Positions 8,870 to 18,696 of a stretch of 47,541 nt of DNA are shown here, in pieces. Under the pieces are notes generated by a model, which did not search any database, was not told the origin of the DNA, and saw nothing but the letters and a program-made list of their open reading frames with translations. Position 1 is the stretch's first letter; each line of letters begins with the position of its first letter. Both the position numbers and the translations under genes were made by a program. This DNA comes from Bacteroidia bacterium. Its GTDB lineage: Bacteria; Bacteroidota; Bacteroidia; NS11-12g; UBA9320. The DNA is taken from the NCBI GenBank assembly GCA_047620825.1, contig JBLHOC010000003.1, forward strand, positions 1 through 47,541. Reading direction: 5' to 3'.

Positions 8870-9460
8870 ATGCTATTGGAAAGCATGAATATTGGCAAGC
8901 TAAAAAAGTACCTAGCTCACAAGTTCCAAACCGGAATTAGGGGTGAGTTATCATACCATACGTGGGATCACGTGTTGGGTGTTCTGAACGTTTGCAATCA
9001 ATATGCTCGTCGTTATAAAATCACAGGAAGAGAGGCACATCTTTTGAGAACAGCTGCGCTAATTCATGACATAGGTTTTTTATGGACTTATAAAGATCAT
9101 GAAGATGAAGGGGTTAGATTCACAACTAGGGAGTTACCAGCATGGGGTTATTCCAAAAAAGATATCGAAGCGATAGATGGCATGATCATGGCAACTCAAA
9201 TCCCTCAAAAACCTAAAAACCTTTTAGAGCAAATCGTTTGTGATGCGGATCTAGATTATCTAGGTACCGATCAGTTTTATACCATTGGCGAAACCTTGTT
9301 CAAAGAGTTTATAGCCATGAACCAAATTAAGACCAGAGCTGACTGGAATAAGTTGCAAATAAATTTTTTAAGTGGACATGAATATCATACCACTTATGCC
9401 AAAAAATTTAGAGAGCCAGTTAAGCAAAAACACCTACAAGATTTAATAGAAAATTCTTAA
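8870..9460 (+). CDS. HD-domain metal-dependent phosphohydrolase
   Basis: YH...H, AALIHDIG, HE, CDADLDYLG; start may be ATG 8885. Confidence 0.9.
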   Translation: MLLESMNIGKLKKYLAHKFQTGIRGELSYHTWDHVLGVLNVCNQYARRYKITGREAHLLRTAALIHDIGFLWTYKDHEDEGVRFTTRELPAWGYSKKDIEAIDGMIMATQIPQKPKNLLEQIVCDADLDYLGTDQFYTIGETLFKEFIAMNQIKTRADWNKLQINFLSGHEYHTTYAKKFREPVKQKHLQDLIENS

Positions 9461-10339
9461 TTGATGCAAAAGATTAATTGGAAGATTGTGCTCTCCTTTC
9501 CAGCTTTGGCCTACACATGTTTAGGCGTTTTTTGTGCCATTTTAGCATTGAAAGGCTTTATGATTCCCAACCATTTTCTTGATGGAGGTGTTACTGGGAT
9601 ATCGATTTTAGCACACGAAATATTTCACATAAACATCAGTTGGTTCCTAGTGATTTTGAATATCCCATTTGTGATTATGGGTTACAAAAAAATCGGAGTA
9701 ACGTTTGCCGTTCAAATGATGTTGGCCGTCTTGTTGTTGGCCATTTTTATGAATGTAATCAACATTCCAACCATCACAACAGACAAGATTCTAATTGCAG
9801 TATTTGGTGGATTTTTAATGGGGCTGAGTGTCGGATTTGTCATTAAAGGTGGCGGTGTAATTGACGGGTTTGAGGTTGTTGCACATTACACAAATAAAAA
9901 ACTAGGTCTGTCAACTGGAGAAATTGTTCTGTTTGCCAATAGTATCATTTTCTTATCTGCCGCTTTCAACTTTGGGATTGAAGCAGCGATGTATTCCATA
10001 TTGACATATTTCACAGCAGTAAAAACATCGGATTATGTTGTTGATGGGTTTGAAGAATATACGGCGCTAACCATAATTTCAGAGAAGCACGAAGAGGTTA
10101 AGCGAATTATAGTGCAAGACTTTAAGAAGGCGATCTCAGTTTATAAAGGCGAACGAGGCTATTTGCCAAACAGTTTCGACGTTAAACACGACTGCGATAT
10201 AATCATGACGATTGCAACTCGATTAGAAGTGCACAGACTTAAGGAAAGCATTTCTTTAGTGGATCCGAAAGCATTTTTTTACGTTCAACGAATCAAAGAA
10301 GTTACTGGCGGTGTTGTCAAGAAAAAGGGCCATCACTAG
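9461..10339 (+). CDS. YitT family membrane protein (with C-terminal DUF2179-type domain)
   Basis: DGGVTGIS, LNIP, GGGVIDG, GERGY, DPKAF; abuts the HD gene stop. Confidence 0.92.
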   Translation: MMQKINWKIVLSFPALAYTCLGVFCAILALKGFMIPNHFLDGGVTGISILAHEIFHINISWFLVILNIPFVIMGYKKIGVTFAVQMMLAVLLLAIFMNVINIPTITTDKILIAVFGGFLMGLSVGFVIKGGGVIDGFEVVAHYTNKKLGLSTGEIVLFANSIIFLSAAFNFGIEAAMYSILTYFTAVKTSDYVVDGFEEYTALTIISEKHEEVKRIIVQDFKKAISVYKGERGYLPNSFDVKHDCDIIMTIATRLEVHRLKESISLVDPKAFFYVQRIKEVTGGVVKKKGHH

Positions 10340-10408
10340 TAATACCAGTCTTCATTTAAATTTGAGGTTACCTTTATCCAATAAACTGTATTAAAAGACA
10401 GTTTATAA

Positions 10409-11989
10409 GTGAACCATATGCGCACATTCTTTTACGCTCTTTTCTTTTTAACCCCATTTATTGGTCTTGCCCAAGACACCTTATACTATGATACCCTCAT
10501 TAAAACACAAGCCGGGGATTATCTAAAAGTGAGAAGCAAATCTGAATTAACGGGACTGGAAGGTGTGTATTCTTTACAATCTGGTAATTGGCATTTTTAC
10601 GGTGCTACTGGAAACCTATTAAAAGAGGCCGCCTTTAACGCGAATGCCAAAGGTAGAACTTCACGATTGGATGGTGAGGTTATATACTATGATGAACTTG
10701 GCGTAAAAGTGTTAAGCCAAACCTACAAGTCTGGACAGTTATTGTCCAGTATTGGGTACCGAGAGATTGTAGTGATGGCAGGAATTACGCAACTTGATAT
10801 TCGTATAGAATATGGGGACTTTGTCGTTTTTGAACATCGTGATCGATTTAGATCATCCAAAATACAAACGTCATACGCCAATTTACGCGGAGAAGATGAG
10901 TTAGCATATTATCTAAAAGAAGAAGAACGGCTTGCCAACACGCATTTGTTGGACACAGCTATTTTTTGGCCCAACAATCCAAACAACTTAGTGGCAAATC
11001 CGATGATGGAGGAGCACCCAACCATTGGAACTTCATTCGCATCTATTAACGATGAGGTGGAGTCATGGTCACCAGCGTCTCCAACGCCAGATTTTTATTT
11101 TTCAGAAGACTGCAAATCTGGAACAGGCTGTTTGGGATTTCGAGTTTATAGTTTGGTCAAAGACATAGAATATCTGCAAAACAAACTGGTGAAACCGTTG
11201 AAGAAAGACAGTCTGTACTGCTTCTCAGTGTACGTGAAATTAGCAAACCAGTGTGCCTATACAAGTAATGGTCTTGGAGTTCATTTTAGCAAAAAACCTG
11301 TGCAGGATCTTGGAGCAGTCATACGCAACCAACCAGACCTATTATTGAATGAAAACTACCTACCATATAAAACCAAATGGATGCTGCTGCAATGTCGTTA
11401 TAGAGCACAAGGAGGAGAAAGGTATTTAACGATAGGAAGTTTCAAACCGTTGAATAAGATTTCACTTACACCGGTAAACGGCTATTCGGCAGAGGCATAT
11501 TACATCATGGATGATGTAAGTCTGATTTCCATTTCGGATTCAGCCATGTGTAGGTGTAATTTGGATGATGTCCCAGCTTCCGAAGTGGTATATGACACCC
11601 TTTCAAGACCAGCAGAAGTAACAAGAATCGACACGTTAAAGGTTGGTGATCGCTTTGTGTTGGAAAACGTGTATTTCGATGTCGACAAACACGACTTACT
11701 GCCTGAATCGATACTAAGCTTAAGAAAGTTGTTCGAAATATTGGAAGAACACCCAGATATGAAAGTAGAAATTGGAGGACATACGAGTACAGTCGGTGGC
11801 CATAAACACAATGTAGAATTATCGTGGCAGCGGGCAAAAGCCGTCAAGAAGTTTCTGGTCGTTCAAGGTATAGATCATCTGCGGGTAAAGACAGATGGTT
11901 ATGGACCAGATAACCCAATCGATTCAAACGAAACGCCAGAAGGCCGTGCTAAAAATAGAAGGGTCGAGGTTAAAATCTTAAAATTATAA
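10409..11989 (+). CDS. OmpA-family peptidoglycan-binding protein with N-terminal MORN-variant repeats and a central beta-sandwich domain
   Basis: C-terminal VYFD..IGGHT..NVELSWQRAKAV..GYG..NRRVE; N-terminal GNWHFY..G and DGEVIYY..G; signal peptide ending LA-Q; start may be ATG 10418. Confidence 0.85.
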   Translation: MNHMRTFFYALFFLTPFIGLAQDTLYYDTLIKTQAGDYLKVRSKSELTGLEGVYSLQSGNWHFYGATGNLLKEAAFNANAKGRTSRLDGEVIYYDELGVKVLSQTYKSGQLLSSIGYREIVVMAGITQLDIRIEYGDFVVFEHRDRFRSSKIQTSYANLRGEDELAYYLKEEERLANTHLLDTAIFWPNNPNNLVANPMMEEHPTIGTSFASINDEVESWSPASPTPDFYFSEDCKSGTGCLGFRVYSLVKDIEYLQNKLVKPLKKDSLYCFSVYVKLANQCAYTSNGLGVHFSKKPVQDLGAVIRNQPDLLLNENYLPYKTKWMLLQCRYRAQGGERYLTIGSFKPLNKISLTPVNGYSAEAYYIMDDVSLISISDSAMCRCNLDDVPASEVVYDTLSRPAEVTRIDTLKVGDRFVLENVYFDVDKHDLLPESILSLRKLFEILEEHPDMKVEIGGHTSTVGGHKHNVELSWQRAKAVKKFLVVQGIDHLRVKTDGYGPDNPIDSNETPEGRAKNRRVEVKILKL

Positions 11990-12020
11990 AAAAAAAGACC
12001 AATACTATTGGTCTTTTTTT
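11990..12020. terminator. Bidirectional intrinsic terminator
   Basis: A-run-GACCAATA c TATTGGTC-T-run inverted repeat between convergent genes. Confidence 0.9.
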
Positions 12021-12028
12021 GATGGGAC

Positions 12029-12358
12029 CTATTTGGCCAATGTCAATGTTAAAATCTGTTTGACTTTAACGGTCTCGCCATTCTCATCTCCCTCATCGTC
12101 ATAAACGTCCGCGTCTACTTCATTCCAAGTTATAATGAATTTTTTACCTACGTAAGAGTCATCTAAATAACCATAGTCCACATCATCACTAAGTTCTGCA
12201 AATTCATGCGTTGTGTTTGCTGCGTCTTTGTATAAATAGGCTCCATCGTCGTTGGACCCCATAAATGTTGCTGTCAGTTTACTGTCTACGCCAACAGTCG
12301 CCCCAATTTGAAAGAACATCAATGTAAAAATTATGGTTGTTACTAATAGTGTTTTCAT
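12029..12358 (-). CDS. Small acidic secreted hypothetical protein
   Basis: Hydrophobic signal peptide; Asp/Glu-rich mature part; terminator downstream. Confidence 0.7.
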   Translation of the reverse strand: MKTLLVTTIIFTLMFFQIGATVGVDSKLTATFMGSNDDGAYLYKDAANTTHEFAELSDDVDYGYLDDSYVGKKFIITWNEVDADVYDDEGDENGETVKVKQILTLTLAK

Positions 12359-12717
12359 TTGTGTGTTTTTTTAAAAGTAAATGGTTGAGGTTAGTCGATT
12401 TAAGCGTCTAGTTTTCTAAAAACCGACGGTGAAACAGGAAGTTCATTTTACATATAGGCAGAACAAATTATTTCAGTTACAAACAACACTTTTGATGTTT
12501 TAGTGTAATCTGCTATAGTTTTTTATCAAAAAAATCGTAAGTATCTGAAAATCAAAGGGAATATTTTACATCACACAACACATGCGAGTTAATATTACTG
12601 CAATGAAACAACAAGGCAGCAAATAGCACTACGGGTGTTGCGAAAAAATAGATCGGCAAAATTCAATGGATGAATTCCATTAAACCGAGTCTTAATATTT
12701 AATATGATTGGGTGATA

Positions 12718-13920
12718 TTAAGTATTTGCAGTTGCGTTGATCGCTGCAATACCAGGAAGTTCTTTTCCCTCAAAATATTCAAGCAAAGCCCCACCACCGG
12801 TAGATACATAACTTACATCGTTTTTCAATCCGAACTGTTTAATCGCTGCAGCACTATCACCACCACCGATTAATGTAAAACCCCCATTTTTAGTTGCATC
12901 AGCAACAGCATGCGCTACGGACTTGGTACCATTTTCGAAATTACTAAACTCAAAAACACCCATAGGGCCGTTCCAAAGTACCGTTTTAGCCTGTTGTATT
13001 TTGGACACATAGGTCTTAACAGCCCTGGGTCCAATATCTAATCCCACCCAACCATCAGATATAGCATCACTTTCGCAAGTAGCAACACCACCGTCATTTG
13101 TAAAACCATCAGCGCAAACCGAGTCAATAGGTAAAAGGAGTTTAACCCCTTTTGCTTTAGCTTTTTCCAACAGCTCTAAGGCAAGTCCAACACGATCAGC
13201 TTCAAAAAGGCTATTTCCAATTTTTCCGCCCATGGCTGATATGAAAGTATAGGCCATGCCACCACCAATTAAAATGGTATCAGCAACAGTCATTAAGTTT
13301 TCAAGGATCAGCAACTTGTCAGATACTTTTGCCCCACCGACAATAGCAACAAAGGGTTTTTCAGGTTGAGCAATAACCTTATTCGCATTGGCAATTTCAT
13401 TCGCCATGATGTAACCAAAACATTTTTGATTTCCAAAGAACTGAGCGACAACAGATGTTGAGGCATGTGCTCTATGAGCCGTTCCAAAAGCATCATTGAC
13501 GTAAATATCACCGTAACGAGCGAGCTTCTGTGCGAAGTCTTTATCTCCAGCTTTTTCTTCACTATAAAAACGCAGATTCTCTAATAATAGAATTTCACCC
13601 GGTTTTAAGTTTGACGCCATATTTACGGCATCATCACCAATACAGTCTTTTGCAAACGTCACCTTCGCTCCTGTAATCTGGCTTAAATGGCTGATAAGAT
13701 GTTTCAAAGAAAAGGCATCTTCAGAGCCCGTTTTTGGACGACCAAGATGACTCATCAAAACTGCGGAACCGCCATCACTTAATATTTTCTTGATGGTTGG
13801 AACAGCAGCGACCATTCGGGCATCGTCGGTTATTTCAAAAGAACCATTCAAAGGCACATTGAAGTCAACACGTACAAGGGCTGTCTTTCCTGAGAAATTG
13901 AACTGATCAACAGTTTGCAT
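12718..13920 (-). CDS. pgk: Phosphoglycerate kinase
   Basis: RVDFNVP, SHLGRP, LLENLRF, DAFGTAHRAHAS, GGAKVSDK, WNGPMGVFE, STGGGA. Confidence 0.99.
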   Translation of the reverse strand: MQTVDQFNFSGKTALVRVDFNVPLNGSFEITDDARMVAAVPTIKKILSDGGSAVLMSHLGRPKTGSEDAFSLKHLISHLSQITGAKVTFAKDCIGDDAVNMASNLKPGEILLLENLRFYSEEKAGDKDFAQKLARYGDIYVNDAFGTAHRAHASTSVVAQFFGNQKCFGYIMANEIANANKVIAQPEKPFVAIVGGAKVSDKLLILENLMTVADTILIGGGMAYTFISAMGGKIGNSLFEADRVGLALELLEKAKAKGVKLLLPIDSVCADGFTNDGGVATCESDAISDGWVGLDIGPRAVKTYVSKIQQAKTVLWNGPMGVFEFSNFENGTKSVAHAVADATKNGGFTLIGGGDSAAAIKQFGLKNDVSYVSTGGGALLEYFEGKELPGIAAINATANT

Positions 13921-13925
13921 AAAGC

Positions 13926-14609
13926 TTATTTTAAAGAATTAAATGTGGTAACGGCGTCAAACGATTCTGCAGCCTGGCCGACTCTAATAATTGCGATATA
14001 ATGTATTTTGTCTCCAACTAATGTTTGGTCAACACTCAGTTGTCCTTCTACTACCTTACCAAAAACGTTGTAGCTTCCATCTAAACTTGGTTGAGCAGCG
14101 TTTGTAATGTAAAATTGGCTACCGTTGGTATTCGCACCAGAATTGGCCATGGCTAGAGTACCAGGACCACTGTGATTAAGCATAGGGTGAATTTCGTTAC
14201 GAAATTGATAACCAGGTCCACCTTGTCCATTGCCATCGGGATCACCACCTTGTATCATAAAGTTATACGAATCACCATTTGCTTTATTGATTACACGATG
14301 AAAATTCAAGCCATCATAAAAGGGCGTTCCTAATGGTTTAGCATCATTTGGCATTGTTCCTTCTGATAATGCAACAAAATTTGCAACGGTAAGTGGCGCT
14401 TTCTCCACCTCAAGCCGACACAAAACATTTCCTTCCGTTATGTTTATCTGAGCATAAAGGCCTTCTCCGTATTTGGCCAATATTTCAGCCGTGGGGAGCA
14501 CCTTTTTTTCTCTAGTTTTAGTGGTTTGTGTTGTTGGTTTTTTTTCGGTTGGACCACAGCCAACAAAGGCAAATGTCAATAAAAGTGCAGTGTATTTGAG
14601 CAAGTTCAT
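13926..14609 (-). CDS. Cyclophilin-type peptidyl-prolyl cis-trans isomerase, lipoprotein
   Basis: APLTVANF, FHRV, MIQGGDP, GPGY, MANSG, TNGSQFYIT; lipobox FVGC. Confidence 0.95.
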   Translation of the reverse strand: MNLLKYTALLLTFAFVGCGPTEKKPTTQTTKTREKKVLPTAEILAKYGEGLYAQINITEGNVLCRLEVEKAPLTVANFVALSEGTMPNDAKPLGTPFYDGLNFHRVINKANGDSYNFMIQGGDPDGNGQGGPGYQFRNEIHPMLNHSGPGTLAMANSGANTNGSQFYITNAAQPSLDGSYNVFGKVVEGQLSVDQTLVGDKIHYIAIIRVGQAAESFDAVTTFNSLK

Positions 14610-14629
14610 AATATCGTTTTGTTACACCG

Positions 14630-14637
14630 CAAAAATA
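14630..14637 (-). promoter_or_regulatory. -7 promoter element TATTTTTG for the cyclophilin-pgk operon
   Basis: Exact TAnnTTTG, 20 nt before ATG 14609. Confidence 0.5.
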
Positions 14638-14747
14638 GTAAATCGACGCATGTTTATGCACCCATGATTGCCTCGTCCATTCTATTTAACGAACCCATCG
14701 ATAATTCTATTAATTTCCGCTACAATCCACTTAAATTACCGTACGGT

Positions 14748-16073
14748 ATGACAGTAAAAACTTACTTACCGCTTGTGTCATGTTTATTTTTGATAACCAC
14801 GTTTTCTTGTGGAAGTTCAAAAGACAACAAACAGGGGCAAGCACACCTCGACGAGCAAAAGCCATTTTTGGTGCATTTAGGTAATTCAACCAGAATTAGC
14901 AGTAATCACTATGCGGATGTGGTCATGGACAGTAAAGGCAACGCCTACCTTGCTAGTTTTTTTTACAAAAAATGATCGTCGTGATTATATCAAAATAATT
15001 CAAGTGACACCAGCTGGAGAAATTGGGTGGACTATTGGTCAGAAAACTCAAGGAAGAGCAACAGCCATAACCATAAGCGATGATGATGAAATAATTGTAA
15101 CGGGCTATTTTTCAAGTAAATTCACATGTGGTGATCAAGTGTTGATACCAAGTGGGCCTGAAAACATGTTTATCATGAAACTAATTCAAAGGGGGATTGT
15201 GCCTGGGCAATACAAAGTCACAACGGAAGCAAAGCTTTTGATATCAATGTAAATATTCATAGTGAGATATTGGTTGCGGGTATCTTGTCTGATACGGAGC
15301 AATTTGGATCGCTAAGTGTATTTAATGAAAAGGGACATCGACAATTCCTTGGCAAGTTCACTGGAGCTGGTTCATATACTTGGATTAAACAGTTCAATAG
15401 TTCTGTGAGGCGTATTAAAAGTGATAAGCAAGGCATATTTTACGTCTGCGGTAATTACAATCAAAACCTATTTGTTGGTGATTCAGTACATCAGACCACT
15501 GAAAATTATGATTTTGAGGGCTTTCTATTGCAGCTAAGTGATAGCGTAAATTGGATACGAACCTTAGGTATGAAAGGCGTGGTACAATATGGTTACCGCA
15601 CAAGTGATGTTATGTCAGACATTGCCTTTGATTCGGTGGGGAACCCCTGTGTACTGACAATGATAGAGTGGAATGCAGTGCCGAACACAACAGTTTCTGT
15701 AATATCTGGAGTTGTGATGCAATACGATGAAAAGGGGAATTTGTTGGACTCCATTCCCATAGTGACTAGCTTAACAAGAGGGGGAGTTGCGTGTTTAAAC
15801 ATAAACCCAAAAGATGAATTTGTCGTAAGTGGAATGGAACAGACATTAGCCAACGGTGCAGTAGTGCATCAAGGGTTTCTTTATACGTTTAATAGACTCG
15901 GAAAGTTAATAGACCAACAGAAAATTGAACATGAGAAAAATTTTATGTTTAGATCGTCATTCACCAACGAAAGTGGAACTGTTTATACGGGCCATTATAA
16001 AACGCGTTTACAGATAAACGACAGCGCCATTAAAAACGATGGTAATCATGGACTGTTTATGTACAGACCATAA
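14748..16073 (+). pseudogene. Beta-propeller lipoprotein (SBBP-like repeats) split by two frameshifts
   Basis: Three ORF pieces join into about 441 aa: lipobox TFSC, blades DSKGNAYL, DDEIIVTGYF, DKQGIFYVCG; one extra base near 14957-14972 and one missing base near 15183. Confidence 0.8.
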
Positions 16074-16084
16074 AACGAAGGTGT

Positions 16085-16729
16085 TTATTTTTTGCGGATG
16101 ACCATCAAGCCATCACGAATAGGCATCAGCACATTTTCTACACGATCATCACCTTGAATCTTTTTGTTGAAGGCATCAAGCGCTTTGGTTTCTATATCCT
16201 TCGCGAGTTGATTGGCATCAAGTACTTTGCCACTCCACAGTACATTATCTGCAATAAGAATACCACCAGAAGGCATTTTGTCAATAACTAAATCGTAATA
16301 ATTGGTGTAGTTTTCTTTGTCTGCATCTATAAAAACCATGTCAATTTGGTCTGTTAAAGTTGGAATAATATCCATGGCGTTACCAACTCGGTAGTCGAAT
16401 ACTTCTGGGTTTGGAGACTTGTCGAAATACCCACGTGTCATGTCTTCGATTTCCTCGTTTAAATCAATTGTTATGAGCTTGCCTCCAGCTTGTAGGCCTT
16501 CTGCCAAACACAATGCAGAATAGCCAGTATAAGTACCAATTTCAAGAATGACATTGGGTTGAGCCATTTTGCTAAACATACTTAAAACACGACCTTGTAA
16601 ATGACCAGATAGCATCCGTGGTATTAATACATTGGCATACGTATCACGGTTTAATTGCTGTTGTAATTCCGTTTCAGGTGTGGTGTGTTTTTCAACATAG
16701 TCCGATATGTTAGAGTCAAGAAAGTCCAT
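16085..16729 (-). CDS. SAM-dependent O-methyltransferase (caffeoyl-CoA OMT/TrmR-like family)
   Basis: MLSGHLQG, LEIGTYTGYS, FIDADK, DNVLWSG, RDGL. Confidence 0.93.
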   Translation of the reverse strand: MDFLDSNISDYVEKHTTPETELQQQLNRDTYANVLIPRMLSGHLQGRVLSMFSKMAQPNVILEIGTYTGYSALCLAEGLQAGGKLITIDLNEEIEDMTRGYFDKSPNPEVFDYRVGNAMDIIPTLTDQIDMVFIDADKENYTNYYDLVIDKMPSGGILIADNVLWSGKVLDANQLAKDIETKALDAFNKKIQGDDRVENVLMPIRDGLMVIRKK

Positions 16730-16734
16730 GAATA

Positions 16735-17781
16735 CTAATTGATTTTTAGGTCTGCAAAGATGAGTTTATGATCGGAATAAATACTATTGGTAGAGGAATA
16801 GGTTGCGGCCGAAAATGAATCATCGAAAAGGATATAGTCAATCCGAAAAAAGGGAAATGGTTTAAGGAAAGTAGCCTCCAAACCAGAACCAGCCACAACA
16901 AAGGCATCTTTTTTTCCTTCCTTTAGTTTTTGATAGGTGTAGCTCTGAGGGGTGTCGTTAAAATCACCCATAATAATTGTTGGTATTAAACATGCGTCAA
17001 TGTGTTTGCGGATGTCTTGCACTTGGCTTGCTCTAGTCAGCATTGAAGTTTTAAGTCTTTGGGCCACATTTTTAGCATTTTCCGTATAGGTTGAGTCAAA
17101 ATCAAGTTGACTTAAACTATGGTAATCACGAGACTTAATACGTGTTGTTTCAAGGTGGATGCCGTAAATACGAACCAGCTTTTTGTTGACTTCTACATCC
17201 ATAAACCCAGCCATGTTATAAGAGGACTCTGTAAATGGAACCAATCCAGAATGCTTTATTGGTAGTTTTGAAACCAACAATATGCCACTGTTTCTGATGT
17301 CATTGGTTCTTATCTTAACTTGATAAGGGTAGTTCTTTTTGCTGATCTTGCCTTCTTTATATCGCCACTCTATTAGGGTAGCGCAGGCAACATCATTTTT
17401 TACTAAATAGGATTCGATGTCTGACGACGTGTTTAAACCATTATACTTTCCAAGTGCGTAAGTATTAAAGCTAACCACTTTAAAGTTCCCTGAGCCTTCA
17501 GTCTGAGGGTGTATGGAGACCAATCGCAAGATGAAGGGAATGCCGATTGCCAAAACAATTAGGTTTTTGATTCGCATTCTGGTCCCAAGGGTGAGCCCAA
17601 TGAGTAGCAGAATCACTAATGCCAGAATCCATAGATTAAAAGAAAGCCCAAAAAAGGCAATGATCCACGAAAGTTTTGGGTTGACAAACGGCGCTAAATA
17701 GGACAGGAGTACTGCCACTAAAACGATCCAATTAATAAAAATGACTATACCTTTTGTGAGCTTTTTCACCTTACTTATCAC
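16735..17781 (-). CDS. Membrane-anchored endonuclease/exonuclease/phosphatase family protein
   Basis: N-terminal TM helices; SFN, HLE, GDFNDTP, RIDYI, SDH. Confidence 0.9.
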   Translation of the reverse strand: MISKVKKLTKGIVIFINWIVLVAVLLSYLAPFVNPKLSWIIAFFGLSFNLWILALVILLLIGLTLGTRMRIKNLIVLAIGIPFILRLVSIHPQTEGSGNFKVVSFNTYALGKYNGLNTSSDIESYLVKNDVACATLIEWRYKEGKISKKNYPYQVKIRTNDIRNSGILLVSKLPIKHSGLVPFTESSYNMAGFMDVEVNKKLVRIYGIHLETTRIKSRDYHSLSQLDFDSTYTENAKNVAQRLKTSMLTRASQVQDIRKHIDACLIPTIIMGDFNDTPQSYTYQKLKEGKKDAFVVAGSGLEATFLKPFPFFRIDYILFDDSFSAATYSSTNSIYSDHKLIFADLKIN

Positions 17782-18682
17782 TAGCTCTAAACAGCAGGTC
17801 TTTTTCTTCTTTGGTTAAGCTAGGATAACCACTTTGGTTGATTTTATCCAGAATCGCGTCAATTTCTTCTTGACGGGGCTTACCATTTGCATGTGACCTA
17901 GCTTGATGTGGGGCGGATGTAGCCTCTGTTTTTACTTTCTCCTTCTTTCCTCTCAGAATATCGCGCTCATCTACCTCGGCAAATCTTGGTCTAAATGGAT
18001 TTCGAATTTGCCTTAGGAGGGATAAATTTAAACGGCCTTGTTCGTTTAACACAAACAATGTGGCAAATAAAGCACCACCTAAATGAGCCAAATGCCCACC
18101 TTGATTACCTGTGGTGAGGTATAAAACATTGATACCAACTAAAAATAAGGCAATCCATTTGAGTTTGATTCTGAACGCTCTGAAAAATGACAGCTCATAA
18201 TTTGGTACTAAAACGGCTGATGCCACAACCACAGACATGACGCCACCTGACGCTCCCTGCATGGGCAAACCGCTACCAGCAAACGACGGTAGATATTGAT
18301 AAACAAACATGTATAACAATGCACCCATAATACCACCACCAAAATACAGTGTATAAAACTTCTTGTTGTTTTGAAAGTCTAATAGAATTCGTCCGATGTA
18401 AAACAGCAAAATCATATTACCGGCAATGTGAAACAAGTCATTATGGAAGAACATGTAAGTAGCAACCGACCAGGGCTTACTTAAAAAGTCTGCGAAAGCG
18501 GCTGGGGAATGAAAGAATACAAGGAGTTCTTTTGCCTTTGCCGCGTGCTCAACGCCTCGGCCACGACCAATCATTAGTACCAACCCACTGAGTATAAAAA
18601 CAGCGATGTTAATAATAATGAGTTTGCGAATTGGAGAATTCCCTTTGTTAAACCCGTCTTGAATTTTATCCCAATACGACAT
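17771..18682 (-). CDS. Rhomboid intramembrane serine protease with C-terminal DUF6576-like tail
   Basis: HIAGNM, GASG, HLAHLGG; tail IDAILDKINQSGYPSLTKEEK. Confidence 0.93.
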   Translation of the reverse strand: MSYWDKIQDGFNKGNSPIRKLIIINIAVFILSGLVLMIGRGRGVEHAAKAKELLVFFHSPAAFADFLSKPWSVATYMFFHNDLFHIAGNMILLFYIGRILLDFQNNKKFYTLYFGGGIMGALLYMFVYQYLPSFAGSGLPMQGASGGVMSVVVASAVLVPNYELSFFRAFRIKLKWIALFLVGINVLYLTTGNQGGHLAHLGGALFATLFVLNEQGRLNLSLLRQIRNPFRPRFAEVDERDILRGKKEKVKTEATSAPHQARSHANGKPRQEEIDAILDKINQSGYPSLTKEEKDLLFRASDK

Positions 18683-18696
18683 GTAGTTCTAATATA

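Noticed and set aside
8870-9460. Pycsar/CBASS or Cas3 defence system
   Set aside because: Stand-alone HD domain with no cyclase, effector, cas gene or array in the window
14619-14747. N-terminal extension of ORF 14619-14975
   Set aside because: The lipoprotein signal starts at ATG 14748; the extension covers the divergent promoter region
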